A stretch of DNA of 36,206 nucleotides. Source: Octopus bimaculoides (taxonomy: Eukaryota). The notes under the pieces are model-generated. The model was given only the letters and a program-made list of their open reading frames with translations. It was not told the origin of the DNA and ran no database searches. Shown here one piece after another: positions 21,086 through 32,712 of the stretch (position 1 is the stretch's first letter; every line of letters starts with the position of its first letter). The stretch lies in assembly GCF_001194135.2 (NCBI RefSeq), contig NC_068986.1, positions 73,898,210-73,934,415 on the forward strand, written 5' to 3'. Position numbers and translations under genes: made by a program.

Positions 21086-21310
21086 ACTTTTCAGTTGTTT
21101 CTGTTGTAGCTTGACTAATGGTCTAAAGGGAGATTGCTTTGTCCTCCAGCCAAGCCTTCATAGAACATGCTGAACATTACTATAAGACAAATTTGAACAT
21201 CATGTTATGAAATCTCCTCAAAGTAAGTTTTATGAATTGCGCTGAAAGCATAAAACATTTAATGAGTTATCATTATCATCATCATCTTCACCATCATTAT
21301 CACTAACATA

Positions 21311-21708
21311 TACTCTTTTACTCTTTTACTTGTTTCAGTCATTTGATTGCAGCCATGCTGGAGCACCACCTTTAGTTGAGCAAATCAACCCCAGGACTTA
21401 TTCTTTGTAAGCCTAGTACTTATTATTATCCGTCTCTTTTGCCGAACCGCTAAGTTACGGGGACGTAAACACACCAGCATCGGTTGTCAAGCGATGTTGG
21501 GGGGACAAACACAGACACACAAATACATATATATATACATATATACGGCGGGCTTCTTTCAGTTTCCGCCTACCAAATCCACTCACAAGGCTTTGGTCGG
21601 CCTGAGGCTATAGTAGAAGACACTTGCCCAAGGTGCCACGTAGTAGGACTGAACCCGGAACCATGTGGTTGGTAAGCAAGCTACTTACCACACAGCCACT
21701 CCTGCGCC
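21311..21708 (-). mobile_element. SINE family A, full length
   Basis: Reverse complement of the 35056-35460 type, with head ending CCTGCGCC at 21708 and a (TACTCTTT)n tail. Confidence 0.88.
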
Positions 21709-21879
21709 TATATATTCATTTTTTTTTTTTTTTTTCAGGAATTGGCCAAGTCTGTTGCAGCACAGCAACCACAACAACTTGCAATTTGTCACATTCCTTT
21801 ATCATCTCCTTCATATGGTCCACTAGAAGTATATATTGGAAGCACATTCTAATCACTATATATGTAGTTTTTCATCTGT

Positions 21880-22005
21880 CTTACGTTTTGAGCACAAATT
21901 CCGCTGAGGTCAACTTTGCCTTTCATCCTTTCAGGGTTGATAAATTAAGTACCAGTTGCATAATGGGGTCAATCTAATCGACTGCCCCCACCTCCCCCAA
22001 AAGTA
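21880..22005 (+). mobile_element. SINE family B fragment
   Basis: CAAATTCCGCTGAGGTCAACTTTGCCTTTCATCCTTTCAGGGTTGATAAATTAAGTACCAG. Confidence 0.75.
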
Positions 22006-22138
22006 TATATGTAGTTTGTTATTATAATTACAACAACCTAATTTAAATAGATGCAGGGACGGCTATGTGGTTAAGAAGCTTGCTTCTCAGTCTTGCAATC
22101 ATTGGTTCAGTTCCACTGCATGACACCTTAGACAAATG

Positions 22139-22272
22139 TGCTGCACAATTTGACTTGTGCATATTAATTTCCCTTATGTCCTTTATATCGTATCAATATT
22201 TCCTGCATTTATTTGCATAGTTAAGGAAGTTATTAAAAATTGAAATGCATCAGTGATTTTTGAGACACCCTG
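22139..22272 (+). mobile_element. Second copy of the DD41D mariner 3' terminus (TIR plus subterminal region)
   Basis: Aligns with 19687-19761 joined to 20022-20080. Ends TTTTTGAGACACCCTG-TA. Fused to a SINE head at 22055-22138. Confidence 0.78.
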
Positions 22273-22494
22273 TATATGAAGTTGAAAGACATGCACAGTG
22301 CTGGGTTAACCATTAAGCAAAATAAATACATGCTTATGGCATCAAGTGAAGCAGTGCACTGCCTCCCTTAATGGTTTATGGCACAAAAGAAATCACTTTA
22401 AACTTGCTGAAATAATATTCTAAGTGACTATCCATACATACAGGCATGTCCTTTATGGCCATGCCCTCACTCCTTCTACCAGCTGAGAGGTCTT

Positions 22495-22722
22495 TCTCTT
22501 GCAGGTGCTGGTGCCACATAAAATGCACATGTGTCGTTGCAATGTAAACTGCACTCATGCCAGTGACACGTGAAAAGCACCCAGTACACCCTGTAAAGTG
22601 GTTGGCAATAGGAAGAGCATGCAGCTGTAGAAACCATGCCAGAGTAGACAATTGGAATCTGAACAGCTGACGAGATACTGCCAAACCATCCACCCCATGC
22701 CAGCATGGAAAATTGATGCTAA
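22495..22722 (+). mobile_element. Family C repeat
   Basis: GTGCTGGTGCCACATAAAA...AAAAGCACCCAGTACACCCTGTAAAGTGGTTGGC...CCCATGCCAGCATGGAAA. Confidence 0.75.
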
Positions 22723-22987
22723 ACAATGGTGGTGGTGGTGGTGGTGGTGGTTGTTGTTGTTGTTATATGATTGGAATTATAATTTCAGAGTGTTCATGGT
22801 GTCATAGTGAGAATCTGATCAAAGACTTTCCAATTAAAAAAAGTAGGAGAAAACTTTTCAATTATAGATTAAGTGGAGGTTTTCAAAATTAAACATTATT
22901 TTCTATCTTACTGTTAGTTTTGTTTCATTTTGAAAACTAAAAATTTATTCCATGGTTTGTTATCATTTATACTTTGAATTACATATA

Positions 22988-24258
22988 CAGGGGTTGGACA
23001 AAATAATGGAAACACCTTAAAATTTCAAACAAATTTATTTTAATATGGGGTAGGACTGCCTTTGGCAGTAATTACAGCTTGAATTCTATGAAGTATGGAC
23101 TCATACAAAGTTTGAATCGTTTCCAAAGGAATTTTTGTCCATTCTCCAGCTAAAACAGTCTCCAATTCTTGTAGTAATGATGGTGGAGGATATCAACTCT
23201 TTACTTGTTTTTTTAAAATGCACCATAAATGTTCAATAATACTGAGATCTGGAGACTGTGGTGGCCAGATAAGATGTTCAACTTCACTAGAGTGTTCCTC
23301 ATGCCATTCAGTAGCAACTTCAGCTGTGTGAATTGGTACATTATCACACTGAAAGATTGCATTTCCCTCTGGAAACAGTTCCGCAACCATAGGATGAATT
23401 TGATCAGATAAAATGCTTAAATAGTCTTGGCTATTAATTCTGCCACGAAGGGAACCAATGGGCCAGCAGATTTCCAAGATACAGCCCTCCAGATCATCAC
23501 AGATGCTCCTCCATGTTTAACAGTTGGAAGAAGGTAGTCTGGGTCAGATGCTTCTTTTAGCTGTCTCCACACATATACTCAGCCGGTGTCGGAAGTAGGG
23601 TAAAGGACGGCTGTCCAAGATAATAACATTCTTTCACTGCTCTAGGGACCAATCCTGTAGGGTTTTACTCCACTCTAAACACTTTGCAATGTTTGTGTTT
23701 GAAAGTAGTGGTTTTCTGATTGCAGCCCCCCCATGAAATCTGGCTTTGTGCAGCTCCCAGCAAACAGTTTTTCTGGAAACTGGGTTCTCGAGGTAGTCAT
23801 TAAACTCTGCAGTAATTTTAGGAGCTGTACTTTTGTGATCCCTTCTAACAATTTGCATAAGAGTCCAATGGTCCCTATCTGAAATTTTTGGTTTGCTTCT
23901 GGAGTTTTGTTTTGATGAGGAGGTTTTTCCCTCTTTCTCAAAGTCTGTCATTACTTTCGAGACAGTACTTCTTGATACACCAAACATTTCAGCTGTTTTT
24001 GTTATGCTAACATCTGCCATACGAGCACCAACAATTTGACCTCTTTGAAAGTCTGACAGATCTGTCATTTTAATGAATTTTAATTATCTTTTCTTGATGA
24101 TATCTGAAAAGAAACAGCAATTTTAGCAAAAGATATTAAGCAACACTAATAATAAATCAAAAAACATAAAAATAAACAAGCTTTTGACGGTTTTATAGAT
24201 ATTTACAAAATTATGATGCTATGATGTTAGGTGTATCCATTATTTTGTCCAACCCCTG
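22988..24258 (-). mobile_element. Full-length Tc1-like DNA transposon, DD36E (Incomer-type), 1271 bp
   Basis: 30-bp TIRs CAGGGGTTGGACAAAATAATGGAAACACCT with 1 mismatch. TA target-site duplications at 22986-87 and 24259-60. Transposase on the minus strand. Confidence 0.95.
23040..24068 (-). pseudogene. Tc1-family transposase pseudogene (~342 codons)
   Basis: N-terminal paired-like HTH MTDLSDFQRGQIVGARM...GVSRSTVSKV, then VKHGGASVMIW, FQCDNVPIHT and WPPQSPDLSIIEHLW, ending KGSPTPY*. In-frame stops at 23634-36 and 23193-95 and about three frameshifts near 23470-23610. Confidence 0.93.
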
Positions 24259-27200
24259 TATATGGGGTACCAAAACCTTTTAAGTGCTTAGAGCCTCTAT
24301 GGGTCTTAGTGCGACGCTGAATATGCATCAGAAGTTTTGAGTGACGTGATCCTGTAACTTAGTCCCAGTAAAAGTTGTAGTGTTGTTGATATTGAAAAGA
24401 ATTTTAATTGCAAAGTTTGAAATTTTTTTTTTTTAATTGCTAAGTCTTCAATCAGATTCTTACTATCACACCATGCAAACTTCGAAATTATATTTCCCTT
24501 CATATAAACTACTCATTTTAGCAAGTTTAAAATGATTTCATTTGAGCTATTAACCATTTGCCATCTCTGTGATGCCTCCTCCTTCTTTTGATGGAAAGTG
24601 CACTTAATTAAAAGTGCCTAGTTGTGTATGGCTGGGTGCTATGAAGCTTTGAACTAGGAACTTGTCAAGATTTCTGTCTATCTTGAAGGTGAACGGAGGT
24701 GGTGTGGGGAAGATAGTTTGGGGGGTCATGGAGTAGGATTTTGAAGTTACAGATGGGTGTGCACTTCAGTGGGGTGATGGATGGGTGGAAGGTGAAGAGT
24801 GTATGCATATATGTATGTATGTACATAGGAATATATGGACGTGCATGAACAAATATATATATATATATATATACATACATGTATGTATATATGTGTAGGT
24901 ACATATATATGTATATGCATATATATCCTTCAGATAAATATACTGTATGTGCAGATTTTAATAAATGTATATATGAAAACCTTTTGTACAATCATATTAA
25001 CACCCCACCTCTTGCATGTACCCACCACATATATACAAACCTTCATACATGAGTGTTGTTTATATACACAGACCATTTTTATTTACATTTACGTGTACAA
25101 ATACCACCTGCATGTAAGCGTGTGTTTGTGTGTGTACATATATTCGTGTGTGTGTGTGTGTGTGTGTGTGTGAGGATACCAAGAGAGATACATACTGAAA
25201 CTGGGCTATGAAAAAAAAACAAAAAAAACTTAAAAAAACAAATAGGCAATAAAGCAACAACAACAAAAACAACCTATGTAAATATAAAAATAACTGTTAT
25301 TTCAACTTCTTCATTGGTTTACCATTCATTACAGCTTTGGAAGAAGAATTGTTTGCAAAAAAAAAAAAGAAATAACAAACAAAAAACATTAATGAGAAGC
25401 TGACCCAGATATCTGTTTTTAGATTCCCAAAACTATTTTCGCAAAAAAAAAAAAACACTTCACCTTCTTTGTTTTTATTTGTGAATTTCTTGTATTCTTC
25501 CTTTTCTTCACCTTTCTATATTTCTTGTATTGTATTTTTATTTTTATTTTTAGTAGGTTATTTTTCTTCTCCTTTAGCTGCAGGAGTGGTGTTGGTGGTA
25601 GTGGCTGGGTGTCTCTATTTTTATCCATGTTTTATTCCTGCTGTTTCAACTGATTCTCTTGTTAAATAGCTCTGATCAGTTCCACAAGAAGTGCACTGAT
25701 GACATGTAAACCCAATGATCTGGGAGCTTCCAAGATATATAAAGCTTCAGAGCATTAGGATGGAAGGAATTCTGCTATACTTCTTTGTGGTTATATCAGA
25801 ACTGGACTTAATTGGATCTGTTTGGCTGCCATAGACTCCTGTAGCCACAGTAGAGACAATGAAGAACCTACTATTAAACCATATGAATAAATCCTCCTTT
25901 ATGATTGCTTACTGCACCAGAAATAGAAGACAAATAGCCCTCAAAACAGCTACATTAGATAATGTAGTCCAAAAGAGAATATATCAGAATAAAAGTCAAC
26001 TTATCTAGGTGGATATAAACTGAGATGAAATTATGAGCAGGATTGTCAGTCTTATCCAGAAATGGACTGAGAGGGAGCTATTCTTGAAAACTCAGACTGA
26101 GGTGGTGAACATATCACTGTTATCATATATTACTGTGACCATTGCTTTTGCCCTTGTTCTTGCTCGATCAGGTTAGAACTGCTACTCTCGATTGCCTTTT
26201 GTTTGGCATTTCATTCTACAACTTGTCTTCTTGATGAAGGTGAAGTCTTGGGTCAAGTAAAGTAAAAAATTAGGTGCTTGGCATTGTTGTTAGGCACTGA
26301 CAGCCCTCTACAGTTGGGTAATGTGGTCTATGGAAGTACTATGATTGTGTGCTGTAGAGGACTAGTGGTGAGGAGGAGCTCAAATATTCTTAGGGAAACT
26401 GAAGACAGCAACGAAAATCAACTAGTTCATCTGTTCTGGAGGACATTCATCCTAATAACTGTAGATAACTTCCTAAAGTCCCTGACATGGCAGTGCTGTC
26501 TTGTGGATATTGATGGTTTAGGACAAAATTTACAGGCACTGAAGTGCTGTGAATCAGCCCTATCCAAGATATGTGCAGAGCTCCAAAACTATTTTGTATG
26601 CACTTGCTCAGTATCTAAGCATTACTGTGTTGAGTTATTGAATTATCAAAAAGCTGTTGTTACAAGTAGGATGGATCCATGTATCTGAAAAGTTCATTAT
26701 GAAAATCACTTTACCATTTTCTTTTGGCTGAGAAGTACAGGTAGATTCTTTTCTCTCTCATGGCTATCATGAAAGAAATTGCATGATGATGACTGAAAAC
26801 AGACAATCCTTTGGCCAAACTCTCATCACTTAGAGAAGAGAGTGAGGGTAGAGAAGGAGGTACTACTACTTCCTTGTAAATTCTTCGAAAATGGAGTCAG
26901 TATAGCAAAAAGAAGAAAAACTGTATGTGGAAATGCGCCTGCACTGAGCATGCACTATTACAGTGTTTCTCAATCGTTTTTTTTTTTTTTTTTTTTTTNN
27001 NNNNNNNNNNNNNNNNNNNNNNNNNNCCCCCCCCCCCCCCACTACCACCATAACCATTCAATGTTTAAAGACTAGTTTTATATTACTTCTTCCAAAATTG
27101 CTATTTTATTCTTTACACATTTACTTGTGTATGTTGAACTATGTATAATTATTAGAGAAAGAAACCTAGCTGTTTCTTGCAATACATACCAATACATACA

Positions 27201-27510
27201 TCTAAAGCAAAACTTTTTCATGGACTGGATCACCAGGAGTCATATGGACCACTGTACTAGTAGAAAAGAGAATGATATTTGAGGGATAGTGCTTGCTTTC
27301 ATGATAAGAGTAGTCCAGGTTTTGTGAGATTCTCCTTGAGTTTTCCATATTAGTGACCTTTCTACTAAAGATTCTTGTATATTTGGAATTTTCTTGTTGC
27401 ATGTTACCCATTTTTTATTTTTTTTACATAGATAAAACACCCACTGTGTTTATACCTAGTACTTTGCAATGTAACTGCTTTTCTTTAAGTTCTAGAGGCT
27501 GATAAAAAAA

Positions 27511-27945
27511 ATTATTATTATTATCATTCAGGAGACTTATTTTTATCACATGCTTTCACTGTACGACCGAGCGCAGCTCTGTGTGCCTTGGGTATGTGCT
27601 GTGGTTTGTTGTGATGCTCTTATTGTTACTGTGTTGAAGGTGTTTTACATAGGATACGTGCGCTGCCTAGTTGTGCTATTTTTTATATGTTTTATATATA
27701 CTTGTTAGTCCTGGTGTCTTTGTTATGTATTTGTCTGAATATTTTTTTATCATACCTAATGTGCCTACTATGATAGGAATTGTTTCTGTTTTTAGACTCC
27801 ACATTCAAGTTACCTCTCTTTCCAGGTTTTTGTATTTTTAATGATGATAGTATCTCCATTTCTTTTAGAGAAACGTTCTCATCTGTTGGTATTGATACAT
27901 CGATTAGAAAACATATTTGTTTCTTGATGATCTTTGATAACTATT
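27511..27945 (-). mobile_element. 5'-truncated R4/Dong-clade LINE 3' end (restriction-like endonuclease domain plus 3' UTR)
   Basis: Frame-corrected translation: CFLIDVSIPTDENVSLKE...KYKNLEREVT*MWSLKTETIPIIVGTLGMIKK...AQLGSARIL, matching the RLE C-terminus of R4/Dong LINEs. The 3' end runs into (TAA)n (plus-strand ATT repeats, 27511-27523). Confidence 0.82.
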
Positions 27946-28616
27946 GGCAGACTTGTTAGCACATCAGAGAAAATGCTGCTAAGCATTTTGTCTGTCTTTA
28001 CATCCTGAGTTCAAATTTTGCTGAGGTCATCTTCGTGATTCTCTGTTTTGGGGTCAATAAAATAAGTGCCAGTTGAGCACTTGAGTTGAATTTCCATGAA
28101 AATATCAGTCCTTGTGTCTTTAGTAGAAAGGATTATCATTATTAAGGCAGTGTGCTGGTAGAACCATTAGCATGCCAGACAAAATGCTTAGCAGTATTTC
28201 ATCTGTTTTTTCATTCTGAGTTTAAACTCTGTTGAGGTCGACTTTGCCTTTCATCCTTTTGGAGTTGATGGAAAAGTACCATTTGAGCACAGGGGTCGAC
28301 ATAATTCACTTACCTCCTCCCTCCAAATTTTCAGGCCCTTGTATCTATTATTATTATTATTATTAAGGTAGGGAGCTGGCAGAATCATTAACATCCAGGC
28401 AAAATGCTTCATGGCATTTTGTCCATCCTTACATTCTGAGTTCAAATTCTGCTGAGGTTAACTTCACCTTTCATTCTTTCAGGGTCAATGAAATAAGTAC
28501 CAGTCACGCACTGGGGTCGATATAATCTACTAGTTTCCTCCCCACGAATTTCAGGGCTTGTGCTTATAATAGAAAGAATTATTATTATTATTATTATCAT
28601 TATTATTATTATTATT
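27946..28616 (+). mobile_element. Head-to-tail array of three family B tRNA-SINEs separated by (ATT)n tails
   Basis: Units at 27946-28144, 28146-28364 and 28367-28616. Each has GCTGGCAGAAT..TTAGC, GAGTTCAAATT, GAGGTC.ACTTTGCCTTTCATCC and ends AGAAAG-(ATT)n. Confidence 0.85.
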
Positions 28617-29709
28617 TACTTGATAGAAGCTGTAAAATGGCATTTGGAAGTAATCAGTCCTATTGGCTATTGTGCTTGCTTCCTCAGTTGTGTATCTCGC
28701 GCATTGTCAATAGATTAGGCTGCAACATCATGCTTGAAGGGAAACTGATAGTTGTCTTTCTATCTGTCTGTCTGTCTAACAGTCTGTCAGTTTATGGGTG
28801 TGTGTAAGTATGTATGTGTGTATCTATGTGTGTATGTATCTATCTATATATGTATGTGTGCCTGCATCCATATATGTGAATGAATGCCAGATAAAATACG
28901 TATGTATAACTGAGGGCATTGGGAGAAGTATTCATAGACATACATGTTGCCTTTTTCTTTTAATGCAGATGCATATTAATGTATTGTTATCCCACGTCCC
29001 ATCTACGCAACTCCCTTGTTGCTGTATTGATATATATATGGTAATTCTTTTGTTATGTGTTCACACCCGAACTACAATGCTGTACAATGTCCCACGCTAT
29101 AATGCAGAACCATCACCATTGCAGTTCACAAAACACATCCACTTACTACAACAACTCCAGCACAGTTCTCTCTTCCATTGAGTATACTTTATTTCTATGA
29201 TACCATTCTTCTTAGTAATAAGTATGGATGCATGCATGCATGCACACACATACACATGCACACACATAAGCATACACACGTACATGCATGGGCACATATG
29301 CAATTACTTAGAATAATACAAATTAAGTGTACAGACACACTAACTTAATCACACATTCGCATTCACCAACATACCAAATTGTACATATGCATCCATATTT
29401 CTACACTTATATATAAAAAAAGCATTACATGCATGCACATATTGATACAGCCACCCATGTGTGTACATAGGTATTCATAAGCATACAGGCATAGATTCAC
29501 ACTGCTTCACACATAAATGCATAAAAACTGAGAATTCCAATGCACTAGCCTAGCTTCTTGAAATTTCTTTTTGCTTCCTTCTTCACTTCGTTTTACCAAA
29601 TTTATTTCTTATATCTCTGGATTTCATTTTTGTGATATTTTTTCTTTTGTACAAAATGATTTAAGTGTACTGAAGGCTGCAAGCAAAAATATTACATGTA
29701 TCAAATATA

Positions 29710-30028
29710 TTATTTATTTATTTATGTGCCTTTTTCAAGCCTAGCCAGGCTCATGGGCCCGGTTTCCTGGTTTCTATGGCATATATGTTCCCCCCAGGCT
29801 GGACGGGATGCCAGTCCATCGCAGCGTTACTCAAGAAACAGGAAGAAAGAGTGAGAGAGAGCTGGGATAAAAGAGTACCACAGGGGTTGCCACCACTCCC
29901 TGCTGGACCCTTGTGTAGCTTTAGGTGTTTTCGCTCAATAAACACACACAATACCCGGTCTGGGAATCAAAACCGCGATCCTCCGACCGCAAGTCCGCTG
30001 CCCTAACCACTGGGCCATTACACCTCCA
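29710..30028 (-). mobile_element. Young tRNA-derived SINE (family D), full length
   Basis: Minus-strand head TGGAGGTGTAATGGCCCAGTGGTTAGGGCAGCGG...GGTTTTGATTCCCAG with A/B-box-like motifs. Central CTGCGATGGACTGGCATCCCGTCCAG (V-domain-like, from memory). (TAAA)n tail. CpG-rich. AAATATAT occurs on both flanks. Confidence 0.85.
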
Positions 30029-30403
30029 TTAAATATATACCATTGGCTTATTTGAGTTATTTCCCATAGAGCAGTGTTTATAATTATGGAAATAACTGTA
30101 AAATGATTGAGTAGGCGTAAGAAGACTGTGGTTTACTGATGATGTTGAATAAGGCAAAAACATGTCTGTAGATGTCACTTTGTATATATATATCTGCAAA
30201 AATATCAAAGACAAACTCATTTATATTTTATAAAATTCATTTCTTCAAAACATTTATGCAGTTTATTCAACATCATGTCATATATTACTATTGCATTGTA
30301 GTAATGAAATAACTAGAATTTGATGCAGTTTTAAAAGTTGCACTCTAAAATGCATGGACATTTCTTGGATATGCACCTATTTGACATATCAGATATGTAT
30401 ATA

Positions 30404-30617
30404 TTACTCTTTTATTGGTTTCAGTTATTTGACTGCAGCCATGCTGGAGCACTGCCTTTAGTTGAACAAATCGACCCCAGAACTTATTCTTTGTAAGCCT
30501 AATACTTATTCTATTGATATCTTTTGCTGAACCACTAAGTTATGGGGACATAGACACACCAACATCAGTTGTCAAGCAATGGTGGGGAACAAACACACAC
30601 ACACATATATATATACG
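30404..30617 (-). mobile_element. SINE family A, 3' half
   Basis: TTTCAGTTATTTGACTGCAGCCATGCTGGAGCAC...GTTGTCAAGCAATGGTGGGG matches the paralogs. Confidence 0.8.
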
Positions 30618-30618
30618 T

Positions 30619-30780
30619 GGTGCAGAAGTGGCTGTTTGGTAAGTAGCTTTCTTACCAACCACATGGTTCCGGGTTTAGTCCCACTGTGTGGCATCTTGGG
30701 TAAGTGTCTCCTATTATAGCCTTGGGCTGACCAGAGCCTTGTGAGTGGATTTGGTAGATGGAAACTGAAAAGAAGCCAGT

Positions 30781-30829
<49 letters not shown>

Positions 30830-31047
30830 TTGTGTGTCACTGTTTTTTCCCCACCATTGCTTGACAACCAATGCTGGTGTGTTTATGTCTACATAGCTTA
30901 GCAGTTCATCAAAAGAGACCGATAGGAAAAGTGGTAGGCTTACAAAGAATAAGTCCTGAGGTCAATTTATTTGACTAAAGTCGATACTCCAGCATGGCTG
31001 CTGTCAAATTACTGAAACAAATAAAAGAATTAATGAATAAAAGAATA
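30619..31047 (+). mobile_element. SINE family A, full length, inserted in the linker of an opposite-strand copy
   Basis: Same head, linker and tail as 35056-35460. It immediately follows the (CA/TA) linker of the minus-strand copy at 30404-30617. Confidence 0.85.
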
Positions 31048-31379
31048 TATATATATATATAGACAGATAAATAGATATACACATACACACATTCATACTA
31101 CACGTACCTATATCTGTTTTTCCCAGCTAACATGGGTTAGGTATTATTACTATTTGGTATTGTGTTATAACTGGATGCCCAAAAGGCATGAAACAAGCAG
31201 GGGATTTATTAACAGGAGAAATGCCTACAGAACACAGCACAAGTATCATGATATTTCAAAAACAGAGAACAGGAAATATAATCAAGAACACAGACACACA
31301 TATCTATCTTTTTCTTTCTCTCCCTCCCCCTTCTCTTTCTCTATCTATCTATCTATCTATCTATCTATCAACAGCATTT

Positions 31380-31610
31380 AATATCTGTTTCCCATGTTAG
31401 TAGGGGTTAGATAGTTTGACAGGAACTGACAAGGCCAGGGGCTATGTCAGGCTCCACAGTCTGTTTTGGCTTGGTTTTTACAGCTGGATGCTATTCCTGA
31501 TGCCAACCCTTTTATAGTGTACTGGATGCTTTTCATGTGGTACCAGCACCAGTACTTTTTACATGGCACCAATTACCCATACCAATTCTTTTTTTACATG
31601 ACACCTTGGT
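31380..31610 (-). mobile_element. Family C repeat
   Basis: TTTCCCATGTTAG...GGTTTTTACAGCTGGATGCTATTCCTGATGCCAACC...GTACTGGATGCTTTT. Confidence 0.7.
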
Positions 31611-31671
31611 TTTGGAATATCAGTTCTATCTGTCTGTCTGTCTGTCTACACATACATACATACTTACATAC

Positions 31672-31835
31672 ACAAACAACTGGTTTCTTTTCCCGTTTCC
31701 ATCTATCAGATTCACTCACAAGGCCTTGGTCAGCCTGATATTAGAGAAGACACATTTGGCCAAGATGCCACATAAAACTGAATCCCAAATCACTTAGATG
31801 GGATGCGAATTTCTAAACTACACAACCATACCTGT
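31672..31835 (-). mobile_element. SINE family A, head half (degraded)
   Basis: CACTCACAAGGCCTTGGTCAGCCTG...GAAGACACATTTGGCCAAGATGCCAC matches the reverse complement of the head. Confidence 0.7.
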
Positions 31836-31889
31836 GACTAATATATATGTATCTGTGTGTGTGTGTGTGTGTGTGTGTGTATACATGAA

Positions 31890-32057
31890 TAAGCACAGTC
31901 CACTCTGATGGGTGGTTGGTGTTAGGAAGGACATCCAGTTGTAAAAATCCTGCCAAAACAGTTACAGAAGTCTAGTGCAGGCTTCTGCCTAGTCAACTCC
32001 TGTCAAACCGTCCCACCCATGCCAGCATGGAAGGTGAACATTAAATGATGATGATGA
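31890..32057 (+). mobile_element. Family C repeat, 3' part
   Basis: GTGGTTGGTGTTAGGAAGGACATCCAG...CCCATGCCAGCATGGAAGG...TTAAA(TGA)n. Confidence 0.78.
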
Positions 32058-32662
32058 GTAAGCCCATAAATGCAAACCAAGGTGGGAAAAAATAGTACTC
32101 ATCAGTTAAGCCCTCTCAATTGTTTGGCTTTTTCTAGACCTGCTTCACTATTAGTATCTATGTTTCTGTTATCCAAATTATTGGATGATTTAGTGATCCC
32201 TAGTCACATTCAGTGACAATTATAATTCTCCTTTTTGCTGAAGCATTGCAAACTGCTGTTTATATTAATTAGCAAATTGCTAATTCATCCAATAATTTGG
32301 ATGATGAAAACATAAATACTAATAGCAAAGCAGGTCCAGAAAAAAACCCAAACAATTGAGAGGACTTAACTGATGAAGCAATGGAGATTGCCAAAACTAA
32401 CGTCAGTATTAAGAATTCTTGATTAACATTTTTCGGACAATTAAGGTCCCTGTTAGTGTATATGTTTTCATTCATGTGTGTTCACTACAGCATTAAAGCA
32501 GTTTAGGTCTCATTTCTAGCAATGTAGGTGTTTCTTAACACCCTAGTCACATTTAGTTACAGTTATAAGTCTCCATTTTGGTGAAACATTGCAAATTGCT
32601 GTTTATATTAATTCTATACATACATACATATGTATATATATACATATACACACACACACATA

Positions 32663-32712
<50 letters not shown>

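Larger units (their letters stand above)
22296..24319. mobile_element. hAT-like non-autonomous element hosting a SINE and the Tc1 element
   Basis: Left end CAGTGCTGGGTTAA; right end (reverse complement) CAGCGTCGCACTAA, both consistent with a decayed CAGCGCCGGATTAA. The 8-bp flanks GACATGCA / AATATGCA match at 6/8 with two transitions. Confidence 0.55.

Noticed and set aside
21149-21222. Possible exon with a CAG acceptor and GTAAGT donor
   Set aside because: All three frames contain stops. It could only be a non-coding exon, and there is no other support.
26961-26973. CAGTGTTTCTCAA as a hAT/Charlie TIR
   Set aside because: It is followed by a poly-T run and a gap, and no inverted partner is visible.
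29960-30028. tRNA gene
   Set aside because: The tRNA-like A/B boxes are SINE heads continuing into SINE bodies, and no complete cloverleaf is present. The same applies to families A and B.
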